Assembly: GCA_964016885.1 (NCBI GenBank)
Contig: OZ024755.1
Span: forward strand, 6,324,001 to 6,388,000
DNA from: Eledone cirrhosa
Lineage: Eukaryota
Direction: 5' to 3'
Length of the DNA: 64,000 nucleotides
Shown here: positions 43,645-56,389 of the stretch, piece after piece
Layout of the letters: every line of letters starts with the position of its first letter
Numbering within the stretch: position 1 is the stretch's first letter
Program-made: the position numbers and the translations under genes
The notes under the pieces: model-generated
The model's database searches: none
Seen by the model: only the letters and a program-made list of their open reading frames with translations
What the model was told of the DNA's origin: nothing

Positions 43645-43830
43645 TAGAGCGTCGGATAAAGTGCTATTGTGGTATGCGGTATTTGTTTCTAGCTTTTTAC
43701 ATTCCGAGTTCAAATCTCGCCAAAGTCAGCTTTGCCTCTCATCGTTCCGAGGTCTATAAAATAATGTTGCAGTCAAGTAATGGCTTATATTTAATCAGAT
43801 TTGCCCTGCCCCCAAATTACTTGGCATTGA
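43645..43830 (+). mobile_element. SINE family A, diverged
   Basis: gagttcaaatctcgcc..agtcagctttgcctctcatc..gaggtctataaaataa. Confidence 0.7.
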
Positions 43831-43847
43831 CCGTAAATAATACAGAT

Positions 43848-43971
43848 ATGAAAGCGCGTGACTGAGTGGTAAGAGAATTGGATTCGGAATCATGTGGTGG
43901 TTGTGAGTTCGATTCCTGGACTGGGCGATGCGTTATGTCCTTGAGCAAGACACTTTATTTCACGTTGCTCC
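43848..43971 (+). mobile_element. SINE family B
   Basis: tgactgagtgg A-box, gagttcgattcc B-box, and gtccttgagcaagacactttatttcacgttgctcc. Confidence 0.85.
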
Positions 43972-44089
43972 TACCTGGAGTTTACGACCGATAAATAGTA
44001 TTAGCAATTGGAAAGACCAAGGGAAACATTGTTTCCTCGGTCCGATTTGACCAAAGTCGTTCGACTGTCTATATATATTTAAAATTCTG

Positions 44090-44376
44090 AGGTTGAAGAA
44101 CTCAAAGCTGTACGAGAGCCTCCCAAAAGTCAGCTCGAAAGTGACAGAGAGGAGACTGATGTAGTTGGATATGCTCACCGACATCCAGAGTTGACACTGC
44201 TCCTGTGGGAGCCCCAACATGGATGCACTGGAAGAGGAAGACCGAGGTTAACATATGTTGATTCCCTAAGGACAGACACTGGTCTCTTGGAGATGCAGGA
44301 CATGGCAGTGATAATGAGGGACAGAGACCGCTGGAGAGAACTCGTCCATGGATCTCGGGAATTTTACCCGCCCTAG
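44090..44376 (+). pseudogene. RTE/RTEX-clade LINE reverse transcriptase C-terminal fragment
   Basis: LYESLPKVSSKVTERRL (frameshifted) ...HRHPELTLLLWEPQHG..GRGRPRLTYVDSLRTDTGL...MRDRDRWR, the typical end of an RTE-type ORF. It ends at a (TA)n tract. Confidence 0.8.
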
Positions 44377-44422
<46 letters not shown>

Positions 44423-45467
44423 TATTGTGTATTCCAGCCGAGAATCTAAGGGCATGCTGGGGAACCGCCACCAATGCTACACTTTCTATAGCCAGCCTAC
44501 CCTGGTTGGCCATTGATTCCAAAAAGGAGCTGCGCTTATTTGTGTTTTTCACACATATATATATTTTCGAAAAGAATTAGTCCCATTACTTGAACATATT
44601 TATTAATATCATCCTTCGTTATCCTATACATTGTTTTATACAAATTTAATTGAATTTTTCCAACTGAATATTATCAAGGATAAACTGCTTGGGCTGTGTG
44701 TAGGGAAGGGGCGTCTTCTGTTACATTGATTATTTTATTGGCGGGTGTGTGAGAGAGGAGCTGAAGGGGTGAGAGGGAGGGTTGCGAGAGAGAAAGAGAG
44801 AAAAAGAGAGAGAGAAAAAGAGAAGAAAAAAAGAGAGAGAGAGAAAGAGAGAGAGAGAGAAAGAAAAAAAGAGAGCGAGAGAGAGAAAGAAAGAGAATAA
44901 GAGGGAAAGTGTGAAAGAGGTAGATGCGAAGACAATACTAAACATACTTTATTTTTAGACACCAATTTGAAGAAAGGAAAAGTTGATACCGACGTTATTT
45001 GAAATCCGAGCTCAGAGAACCATAACACATTATTTTGTCGCCAATATGTCTCACATATCCGCTCAATAAATAAGGTTCATTACGTCAAACATTGAGAATA
45101 GATTAATTAATACATAATATGATTAATAGCTAATATCAAAGAAAGTCTTAATAACCATATCTCTATTCTATATATAGCAAGATTTCATATTTTGAAAAGA
45201 GGTGTTTTTGTTTTAATTTCTTTTAATTTATTTTTAGATTATAGAACTAACTGCTGAATGCAGTCTGATCACTCGACAACAGAATTTTACTATATGGGTA
45301 CTCACTTCTATAAGTTATATATATCTATTTCTGTCACATCTACACCTACGCTCAAGAAACATCAACACATTCACACAATCACACCTATCTATGCATCAAT
45401 ACATCAATCTATATATTAATCCCGCCCTCCAAAGTTAACATCCGTGGCTGTAATGTCTCTCTCTCTC

Positions 45468-45552
45468 TTTGCCTTTCATCCTTACGGGGTCGATAAAATA
45501 AAGTACCAGTAATGCACTGGGTAATAGCTGGCCTTGTGCCTATAATAGAAAC

Positions 45553-45583
<31 letters not shown>

Positions 45584-45590
45584 ATCTCTC

Positions 45591-45633
<43 letters not shown>

Positions 45634-46011
45634 TTGTTTCTACTTTTGGCACAAGGCCAGTAATTACCCAGTGCATTACTGGTACTTTATTTTATCGACC
45701 CCGTAAGGATGAAAGGCAAAGTTAACCTCGGCGGGATTTGAACTCAGAATGGCAAGGGCCGTAACTATGCGTCAAAGCATGGCGTCCGACTCTCTACCGA
45801 TACTGCCAATCCCCATATATAATGACGGTGGATTGGCAGCATCGGTAGTGGGTCGGACGCCATGCTTTGACGCATAGAGTTACGGCTCTTGCCATTTTGA
45901 GTTCAATCCCGCCGAGGTTAACTTTGCCTTTCATCCTTACGGGGTCGATAAAATAAAGTACCAGTAATACACTGGGTTATTGCTGGCCTTGTGCCTAACG
46001 TAGAAACAATT
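45468..46011. mobile_element. Cluster of three family A SINEs in alternating orientation
   Basis: 45468-45557 (+, 3' half), 45631-45812 (-) and 45826-46011 (+). Confidence 0.9.
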
Positions 46012-46068
46012 ATATATATATATATATATAACTGTACCGATCGTGTTATTTCTGTTTACCTTTTACAT

Positions 46069-46119
<51 letters not shown>

Positions 46120-46236
46120 TACTTGGGGAGGGTCATGAAATATATATATATATTGGATCGTCAAGTATGGAATTTGTAGAAATCTGTTTTTATTCTAGAC
46201 ATTTCTACAAATTCCGTACTTGACGACCCAATATTA

Positions 46237-46478
46237 TGTATGTATGTATGTATGTATGTATGTATGTATGTATGTATGTATGTATGTATGTATGTATGTA
46301 TGTATGTATGTATGTATGTATGTATGTATGTATGTATGTATGTATGTATGTATGTATGTATGTATGTATGTATGTATGTATGTATGTATGTATGTATGTA
46401 TGTATGTATGTATGTATGTATGTATGTATGTATGTATGTATGTATGTATGTATGTATGTATGTATGTATGTATGTATG
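46237..46478. repeat. (TATG)~60 perfect microsatellite
   Basis: Direct inspection. Confidence 0.95.
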
Positions 46479-46732
46479 TGTGTATGCATGTGTGAGTGTA
46501 TGTATGTGTGTGAGTATGTATGTGTGAGAGTGTATATGTATGTGGGTGTGTATACGTGTGTATGTGTGTTTCTGTGTGAGTGTGTGTGTATGTGAGAGTG
46601 TATATGAAAATAATGAATCTATCTAAACTGAACTTATGCTTATAAATCGAACAATATTGATCGAAACGACGAAAGTCGAGAGAATCTGGTATATGGAACT
46701 ATTAGATTCTAGATTCTTCTATATAAGATGAA

Positions 46733-46876
46733 GGAGGGGAAGGTAGAGGAGGGGAAGAAATGGAAGGTAGAGGAGGGGAAGAAATGGAAGGTAGAGGAGG
46801 GGAAGAAATGGAAGGTAGAGGAGGGGAAGAAATTGAAGGTAGAGGAGGGGAAGAAATTGAAGGTAGAGGGGGGGGG
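46733..46876. repeat. 24-bp purine-rich tandem repeat, ~5.5 copies
   Basis: Unit gaaggtagaggaggggaagaaatg. Confidence 0.9.
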
Positions 46877-47146
46877 GACAACAGACGAAGTCATGTAATC
46901 AAACGCAGTAATACATCGATTCTGTGTCGTAGATTTCATCACACTTTAATTACATAGTAAATGTCAAGATAGAAATTCGCGACAAACTAGGAAATAGTGC
47001 TTACCTTTGTAATTTCCTTTTAGAAATGATTTTTTTGTACGGTATAATATTATTATCTCTTTCTCTCATATATATATACACACACACAATATATATATAT
47101 ATATATAATATATAGATATGTGCGTCTTTTTCTTTCGGGTATAAAT

Positions 47147-47292
47147 AATTGTTTCTACGTTAGGCACAAGGCCAGCAATTATCCCAGTGTATTACTGGTA
47201 CTTTATTTCATCGACCCCGTAAGGATGAAAGGCAAAGTTAACCTAGGCGGGATTTGAACTCGGAATGGCAAGGGTCGTAACTCTATGCGTCA
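47147..47292 (-). mobile_element. SINE family A, 5' end lost into microsatellite
   Basis: Reverse complement of the consensus. Confidence 0.88.
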
Positions 47293-47391
47293 AAATATGT
47301 GTGTATATATATATATGTGTGTGAGTGTGTATATATGTGTGTGGGTATATGTGTGTGTGTATATGTATGTGTGTGTGTATATGTATATATA

Positions 47392-47436
<45 letters not shown>

Positions 47437-47633
47437 ATGTGTATATATGTGTGTACGTGCGCATGTATGTAAAAGGTAAACAGAAATAACAACACAATCG
47501 GTACAGTATATGGAAGGAATATATTAGGTTAACGCTTGAAATAGCAGGAAGAGGGACTTAACGTGTCTGACGCTTGTCCTTCATTAGTAGAAATAATGTG
47601 AAATATGACAGATTGAGAGGACGGGCGGGTTTT

Positions 47634-47696
<63 letters not shown>

Positions 47697-48468
47697 TTTG
47701 ATGGTGTAGGTGGATTGAGAGAAACGTTGGAACAGAATAAATTAATTCGCAACATTTCTTCCGAACTTTACCTTCTGAGTTCTAATCCGGCCGAGGTCAG
47801 CTCCACCTCATAGTTTTGGGGTAGAAAAAGTACCATTCATGTTCTGGGGATAATTGAATCTCTTTCACCCAGATTAGTGTCGATGTGATCAAATTAGAAA
47901 CCATTGTTGTGTGACGTTTAGAAAGAATAATTTCTTTGTAGTGTCACTGATCATGGGATAACCTCACTGCGTTGTCACAAGACTTACTAGAAATAGTACC
48001 ATAATATACCTCAAATCAAACCTTAGCGGTTAAACACAGAACAATCTATTCGTGAATTGAACGTAGGTGATTCGGCATACCATAAACACGTGTAATTTTA
48101 AGATAGATCTCAGGAATATTCAGCCTGACACCGGTGTGTTAAAACACTCGCCTAGTGAATTACAGACATAACTTAATTCCATCAGCTGCATCGAGTGAAA
48201 CAGTTTGTATAATGTATTGCTCAAGGATACAAAACACCGCCAGGAATCGAGATCAGGAAATGTGTGAAAGTTTGTGGCTTAGTGGCCAGAAGTTTCATCT
48301 CACGTTAATATACACAAGTACACACATACGTTAAGGGTGTTACAAAATAACTGTAAATCACAAATAAAAAAATGAGTGATGGCAAAATAGAATCCATTAG
48401 TAAAATATCAAAGTGTACTAATACCATTAAAGACCACAGAATACATACATACGTACACATATATACAC

Positions 48469-48499
<31 letters not shown>

Positions 48500-50214
48500 C
48501 AAAGTATAGGTGTAATTTAATTATGTTAAACAAACCCTAACCTTACTCTGCTTTATTGTATTACATACAAGTCTAATTTAATTTTATGTCTATCTAAATC
48601 TTTCAGAGTAGACATTTTGTTTTGCCTATTCTTCATCATCTTGTTCCCATGATGCCATAATTTTTAAAAATCAAATTTGCTGTCGTACTTATTTTCAGAA
48701 TGGATCTCTACCAGGATACTAACTCTTCAATTCCTATTGTAGCTTTTATTAATGTCTCTGTTGAATTATTTTTGGCGTCCTGTTGTTGTTTCCGAGAGAA
48801 CCGTTAAGGTTTCTAACTGAATGCCCCAATATCCGTGCCATCTCACTGCAGTCTTAATTCGAATCCCACAGAGTTTAACTTTGCCTTCGGTACTTCCGAA
48901 GTCAATAAAGTTCCAATCGAGTGCTGGCTTGATTCTTCCTTTATCTCAAATTCGCTGGAAGAAACAATCTGTGTTCAAACATAGAGAATGGTGTACACTG
49001 CTAGGTTTAAAATGCCAAATAATCGCCGAGTGTTGTGACGGCACCCTACCACCCGACAAGGAAATAAAGGCATTTAAATTTTAAGAGTTTTAGTAGCAAT
49101 AACGAAGTGCCAAATGGTACGGATGAAGCACTCAATGTACTATTTTTGTTATTCAAAATAGGTTTTCGTTTATGCCTTTCATTAAACGTTTCTTTCATCA
49201 ATCTTTTATGTAGCTATTGTATATACTGAGAGTATCGTTCTTGTTATAAATGTTGTAGTCTTAACTGCATTTACTTTCCAAGATCAACACGTAACGAAAA
49301 TCTATGTAGATGCTTAAGTACATCCTTCCCTCTTTCCTTTCTCTGTCTATATGTGTTTGAAAGTATAATTCACAGTAACAAAACTAGCTAACACATACGT
49401 CAATTAGAATGAAGTCTTGCCATTATATTTGAGCACTGTTAAAATCTTGCCAACATATTTGAGCAAGTTGAAATAAGTAAAACTATAAAAATATTAAAAT
49501 GTTTCTCTTACCTCATTCTATCTGCCTATTCAATTTACTTTAGTGCATTGGTGTAATGTTCTCCCTTTACCTCCCTCTCTCTCTCTTAATATATATATAC
49601 ACACACGAGTGTATGTGAGGTCATAAATGCATATAGTTTTATAGTTACATATGAAGAAATCCCATTTTAACTTCATGCTAAAATGTGTTTAACACATGAC
49701 AGCAAAATGCCGTATATATAAGTTATAAAGTGCCATCGTTTCTTATAACACCTTCATTTATTTACATTTTCACAGCTACGAATTTCATGAAAAGATTTCC
49801 TTCCAACACTTGACGTTTAAAGCATTTCCTCTCAAGCAATTCCTCTGAAATCACGTTTTCCTATGTGAATAAGATATAGGAAAACAAAAGATATTTATTT
49901 CTATTGCAGGTCGCCATATACAATAGGTAGAATGATATCAGTAATATATTTACGCTTTCCAATAAATGTCATTTCATAGGTTAGGGGCTGGTGCTCAGTA
50001 TATATATCACCTGATGAAATCTGAACAGTGATAAATCAGGGGTCAATTGATTCCAGTCAACTCCTTCGTGTGTGTATATATACAGATATATACGATCGAT
50101 CGACTTTCATCAAATCGGACCGAGGAAACAATGTTTCCGTCGGTCTTTCCAGGAAGCAATTCTCTAACCACTCAGCCACACGCCTTCACTGTATGTATGT
50201 ATGTATGTATGCAT

Positions 50215-50908
50215 GTTCTTCTGGTTTTATAATTTCACAAAGTTTTACCAATAGAGAGAGAATCGGTTTCTAACAGGCGCAAGACTCTCATTGGAATTTA
50301 CACAACATCAACTAGGTAGGTATGTATGTATGTGTAGATATGGATGTTATTGTATGTGTGGATATGTATGTTTTGAGTTGTATGTGTGCATGTGTATATG
50401 CTTTGCATCTGTATATGTGTATATGCAGTTATTAGATGCAAAATTTTTGAAATGTCTTACATATTTTTACTGTTCTATTAATGGATTGTACTTGTAATTT
50501 CCTAACTAGATGTGTTCTTTCTGTTCCTGTGAAGCCAAGCTTCTCAAGATTTGTATTGAGGCAGTTACTAACATACCCCAGTGCCCCAATAATCACAGGC
50601 ATAAATCCGAAGGTGTAATCAGGGTGAAGTATCTGCAGATTTTTCATCAGTTCTGCATAAATTTTCTCCTTTTCACTAATCTTTGATATTATATTGGCAT
50701 CTGCTGGACAGCTAAATTCCACTACTGTGTATGCTTTCTTCTCCGTCCCATATCATAATAATATCTGGTCTGTTATGCCTGCATTTTATTGGGGTTTTAC
50801 TGGAACATTCCACCAGTACTCTTTCATATTATGTACATGGATGTCTTCCACATTGCTGTAGCTTTTAATGTGTTTATTATCGGGGCTATCTTTTTTACGA
50901 ACTGCAGA
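50215..50908 (-). mobile_element. 5'-truncated R4/Dong-like non-LTR retrotransposon (restriction-like endonuclease domain plus 3' UTR)
   Basis: The minus strand encodes, with frameshifts, EYWWNVPV...KCRHNRPDII.WD...TVVEFSCPADANIISKISEKEKIYAEL...PVIIGALG, a PD-(D/E)xK RLE C-terminus. The stop is at 50432, and the 3' end runs into (CATA)n. Confidence 0.8.
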
Positions 50909-50911
50909 GAG

Positions 50912-50944
<33 letters not shown>

Positions 50945-51331
50945 GCATGTATGTATATCATTAATAACATCAGTAAGAAATTATCCAACCTAGCAAAGAC
51001 ATCTTTGACAGGGCAGCTCTCTCCTACAACTCAGCCCTAAAGCAACTCTACAAGTAATATAAATCAGACATCACCAACAAACAGTCTGGAACTTGCTGTT
51101 CAAACGGCAAGAGCTCAGCTGCTGGGTTTCGGCTCTTTATAATATAACCATACTCTACTACCCCAAGTATCAAGTACTCTGTTGTAACCAGTTTCAAACT
51201 GAATCCACCCTAATTAATATATACACACACACAAATATATACACAGACATATATATATACACATATGTATATATATATATATATACACACATATGTATGT
51301 ATATATATATATATATGTGTATATGTGTATA

Positions 51332-51362
<31 letters not shown>

Positions 51363-51684
51363 ACACATACGCGTGCGTGCGTGCGCGCGCGCGTTGGTGC
51401 GTGCGTGTGATAGGCAGGAAATAATCTATTTGCATTGGTTATTAAATCACACATATGTCATCTTGAAATAGAGTATAATAGTTTGGTAGCTTGAATTAGA
51501 GAAATACATTGAATATTATCTTTGAAACCATTAATATTTGGCTGTCTATTACATATGAATACTTGACAGATCGAACGAATTACGTCTGATGTTCTTTAAC
51601 TTAGATTGTCATTCAATTGTGTCAGAGGTGGAATACAATAATACGACATTCAAGTACAAACATTATTTAGCTATATATCGGGCC

Positions 51685-51866
51685 GTGGATTGGAAGTATT
51701 GGGAGAGGGTCGGACGCCATGCTTTGACGCATATAGTTACGGCCCTTGCCATTCTGAGTTCAAATCCCGAAGTTAACTTTGCCTTTCATCCTTACGGGGT
51801 CGATAAAATAAAGTACCAGTAATACACTGGGTATTTGCTGGCCTTGTGCCTAACGTAGAAACAATT
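51685..51866 (+). mobile_element. SINE family A, full length
   Basis: Consensus-like copy with attattt(t)agcta on both flanks. Confidence 0.88.
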
Positions 51867-52251
51867 ATTTAGCTAGCTATCTATCTAAGAAGACAAAGAG
51901 TGAAGACCGGAACACCTACAAAACGTGTTCCTGGTGTTGAGGGTGTTCTATCCACGGGGTCTAAAGCAACCCCGCAGTAACGTTCCCCACGATTGTTATA
52001 TTTTATATATATTTTATTGTTAAAGATTTTAATGAAAACCCCCGCCGTCACGTCTTGTAATGTCCCATTTTTTTACGCCCTTGTGGCAAATAAAGAAATC
52101 TATCTATCTACATATATATCTAAGCAGAAGGGATATTCAATTTGTTGCTAATTCAACAAATATAAATGTTTATAACTGATTCAGAGCACTCAACAGTTTC
52201 TGGAGTATAATATACGATGATATTAAATAAATATAAACTATATTTATAAAA

Positions 52252-52297
<46 letters not shown>

Positions 52298-52298
<1 letters not shown>

Positions 52299-52461
52299 TC
52301 CCGGGTTCAATCGGGGGTAACCACAGTAAGAAAGGTACTCAATACATTAGTAGAGTGTATACAACAAATTTAATATAGAAATGGCTTCTACAGCACTAGA
52401 ATTCCTACAGGGCTTTCCTGATGACTTCCTTTGAATGAAAGTTCTTGTCCTGTAGAAGCCA

Positions 52462-52465
<4 letters not shown>
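52298..52465. mobile_element. Module family F with hammerhead-like core
   Basis: ctacagggctttc-CTGATGA-cttcctttgaat-GAAA-gttctt-GTC-ctgtag. Confidence 0.75.
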
Positions 52466-52509
<44 letters not shown>

Positions 52510-52510
<1 letters not shown>

Positions 52511-52697
52511 GAGGAAAAAGTAGGAAAAGAGTCGGGACCCCGACGGCTGAGCTCCGGCGGTTTCGACAGCTAGGAGTAGCTGTCGAAACGGCCGAAGCTC
52601 AGCCATCGGGGTCCTGACTCTTTTCCTATTACCCACCCTACTACCCAGTACTCTGGTACGTTATTGTCCACCTGGTCTTTACCACACTTCCTTCGTT
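52510..52697. mobile_element. Module family M1 with ~50-bp-arm palindrome
   Basis: taggaaaagagtc.ggaccccga.ggctgagct...gtttcgacagcta / tagctgtcgaaac...agctcagcc.tcggggtcc.gactcttttccta. Confidence 0.85.
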
Positions 52698-52704
52698 ATA
52701 CATA

Positions 52705-52758
<54 letters not shown>

Positions 52759-53134
52759 TAGATAGATATATATAGATAGATATTTTTATATATAGATATA
52801 TATATAGAGAGAGAGAGAGCCCTCTTCGGATTATAGTCTTCACATTTATTATTCATACACACACACATATATATTTACATATATACACACATATACATAT
52901 ATATATATACAGCGACACTTGATTGATCATACTTGAAATATCTCATGAATAATTAATAGTGGAGAAGCTGATGGTCAATATCACTTTACTGTTTAATTCA
53001 TGACAAAGTAGGACATTCGGAGTGTTGGATTGTTGTGTGATGTTATAGCAACTCTATAATTATGTGTCAAATTAGTTTGGAGAAACTACACAAATTGTTG
53101 AGCTGAATTTGTCGTTTCCTTTTAATTACCGATA

Positions 53135-53165
<31 letters not shown>

Positions 53166-53293
53166 ATATGTGTCTGTGTGTCTGTGTGTATGTGTGTCTG
53201 TGTCTATGGGTGTGTGTGTGTATCAAATGTGTGTTTCACGCAAGTATATATGTGAACATTCAAGTATATACATATATACTAATGTATGCATGC

Positions 53294-53345
<52 letters not shown>

Positions 53346-53382
53346 AAGTATGTATGTATATATATAGAGAGAGAGGGAGAGG

Positions 53383-53416
<34 letters not shown>

Positions 53417-53442
53417 GAAGTGGTTACACAACAGATGGTTCA

Positions 53443-53492
53443 CCATGCCGAGAACAATTGTTTCACCTTAGCGGATCCTCAGCTCGGAATGG
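53443..53492 (-). ncRNA. Minimal type I hammerhead ribozyme (predicted)
   Basis: Minus strand reads ccat-t-ccgag-CTGAGGA-tcc-gctaa-ggt-GAAAC-AATT-GTT-ctcgg-c-atgg. Helix I is 5+4 bp, helix II is short with a U.U first pair, helix III lies in the palindrome AACAATTGTT, and the triplet is GUU. Confidence 0.75.
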
Positions 53493-53582
53493 GCATGTTT
53501 CACGCAAGTATATATATATATGTGTAACCACTTCTACCTAACTCATCCCATGGACTGATATTACCTTCCAGCGTTCCACCAC

Positions 53583-53620
<38 letters not shown>

Positions 53621-53760
53621 AATATAAAATCAAAAGATGGTTAAAAGAGTTCCATGTATTTTAACCATCTTTTGATTTTATATTATTTATACTCCAGTTC
53701 AGTGCTACTTATCCGATATTTGCATTGCTTTATTGTGCTACAATAAAACTCACCTCATAC

Positions 53761-53876
<116 letters not shown>

Positions 53877-56343
53877 TATACTTGTGTGTGTTTGTGTGTA
53901 TTTCTATGTGTTTCTGCGTGCTTGCATCCATATAGGAATTATGGGTTTCTGCGAAGCTAATACATACTTATATACCATACACGTGTATGTATTTAAGATG
54001 TGTTTGCGTGCCACTTTCCTGCATTTGAGTGCAACCTTGTTCGGTCAGTTCTCATCTATATATTGATATATGATTGAACATCTTACTACGTTGCATGCCT
54101 GAGGAAATTAACCTAACAGTAGATGTGCTGACTTCAACTTTGTATTGGTGCATTTCTATATGAATCACGCAAAGTATTCATGCTAAGATGGAAGATTATA
54201 TTTATGCTGATATAGTTAAATGATCTGTGTGGCGTATTTGAGTTGAGAAAGATAGCGGAAGAACAACTGTAACGTAATGTCACGCTATGTCATGGAAGTG
54301 TAAACTCTTGATTGATTCCTAGGCTCAATGTAAAGAAATATGGGATTTTAAACATGGCAGAGCCCATCATTCCCTAGGTCTGAACACTGGTGAATTTTTT
54401 TATAGAGAATGATAGAGAGCGAGAACAGCAAGAGAGAGAGAAAGAGAGAGGTGGGGGAGACAGAGTTGGTCACGAAAATGAGGACTCAATACCATTGCAG
54501 AGATTAAGATTCATATATTGAGGTTAAGTCTGTTATGCTGAGTTCTCATAGTTCAAAACTTGTGCGTGCGTGTGTGTGTGTGTGTATGGGAGAGAGTGAG
54601 GGAGAGTTTATACATATATAGAATATACATAACTTCATATATGCTTTTCCTACCTGAATTCCACCCACAAAAATAACAAGAAATTCGAGGCAGTTAGTAG
54701 TGGAACCAAATCGTGAAGAAATTAATATGCAAATGGCTGAGTTTTCCCCAGGTATATCACCCTGAACGCAATTCTCCGGGAGATTCAGGATTACAATGTA
54801 TAACATGGCTAGACCTTTGGATTACAGGTCAAGTCAATCTTATAATATAGTTATGTGTGACTTAGTATAGTTATGGCAGAAGAAACCTTATGAAGAAGCC
54901 ATGTTTCTGTAGCGGCCATCTTAACGTGGTAGTCAAGCTAACTGAACATTTTTTTCGTGGCAACATTATAACATAACATTTGTACTTTTCTAGTAACTAA
55001 TTTATCTTTACACTTATTATCTCATTATTCCACGTTCAGCATGCAGAAACATTTTTGCATCTTGTGTATCTGAAAAAAACTTAACCGTGGAATCTAACAC
55101 TTAAGGATATAGTACGTTTTTCAGCAATAACTCAGCCTAGAGATTCCTGTGACTAAGAATTTTTTATAACCATGTATATTTATTTCAGGGTTCTAAGTAG
55201 TATACGTTATGAAATTATAACGTTTGTAATTTATTAAGTTACATTACATTAATCTTTTCTATTAACATTTCAAACTTTTTAATAAAGATAAGGAAAATAT
55301 GAAACGTTGATATATTAGTACATGTAGGAACGTTTATTTTTGAATTGCAGTTATGTGGAGTTGTGATTTAATCTTGAGTGGTCTGTCTATTAAATGTAAG
55401 AATGTTTCATGGTTTATTTCATGATTTTATCGTTACTAATGAGATTGTTGTAAAGAAAGAATTTACTTTCAATGATCTACGGCAACGGAATAAGCTCTTT
55501 ATATTTATCTACTTATTTACATATATATTTCCGTTTTTATTTAAGTTTACTGTTTCTAAGTTGTGATATAAAATAAATGTAGTGTCATTGAATACAGATT
55601 CTTAACTGAGTCCCAATTTCTCATTTCATTTCAGACAGGAAAATTACAAGTAAGTTTCTATAACTAAATGTGCACAAATAACACGAAGGTCTTTATTAGA
55701 AGAGCAACTAGTTTTAAAATTTCTTAATGTTTAAATTCTTCATGAATATAAATCGGCGAAAGTCCCGCCCAAACACACACACACACACACTATATATATA
55801 TATACACATACATAATGTGTGTGTGCGTGTGTATTTGTTTCGTTCATCAAACAACCGGAACTAGAACTATAGTTGTCGGAACCGCTCGCGGGCCTCCATC
55901 AGATAGATAGATAGATAGATATTCAGTTGAAATTTCAATTCAATGTTTTAGAATGTCTGCTACAAGAAACAATTTGCCGAGGTTTATCGATCGTCATAAT
56001 GAGTAATTAAATTACAAAATGACACATCTATAAAAATGGTTTTAAATGTAGGTTAATTATCTATTAATCTAACCTATTTTTAGAAACTATTAAAACTTCA
56101 GCCACTGAAACAGATATTCCGCGGAATGAATGCAACAGGACAACCTCTAAGATGTCACTCACCTTGCTAGAAATAGCAGCAAAGTTAACCTGAAATCACA
56201 GCTTACAGCGATGAAATAGGAAGGACACGTTGAATAATATACTGTTAATAAACATGAAAATGGAAGGCTTTCACTGGAACGGCTTTCATTAATGCTTACT
56301 CGAAATATGTATTTATTCTCTCTCATTATATATATATAATGAG

Positions 56344-56389
<46 letters not shown>

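Noticed and set aside
50005-50035. CTGATGA after a TA run
   Set aside because: No helix II or GAAA in register.
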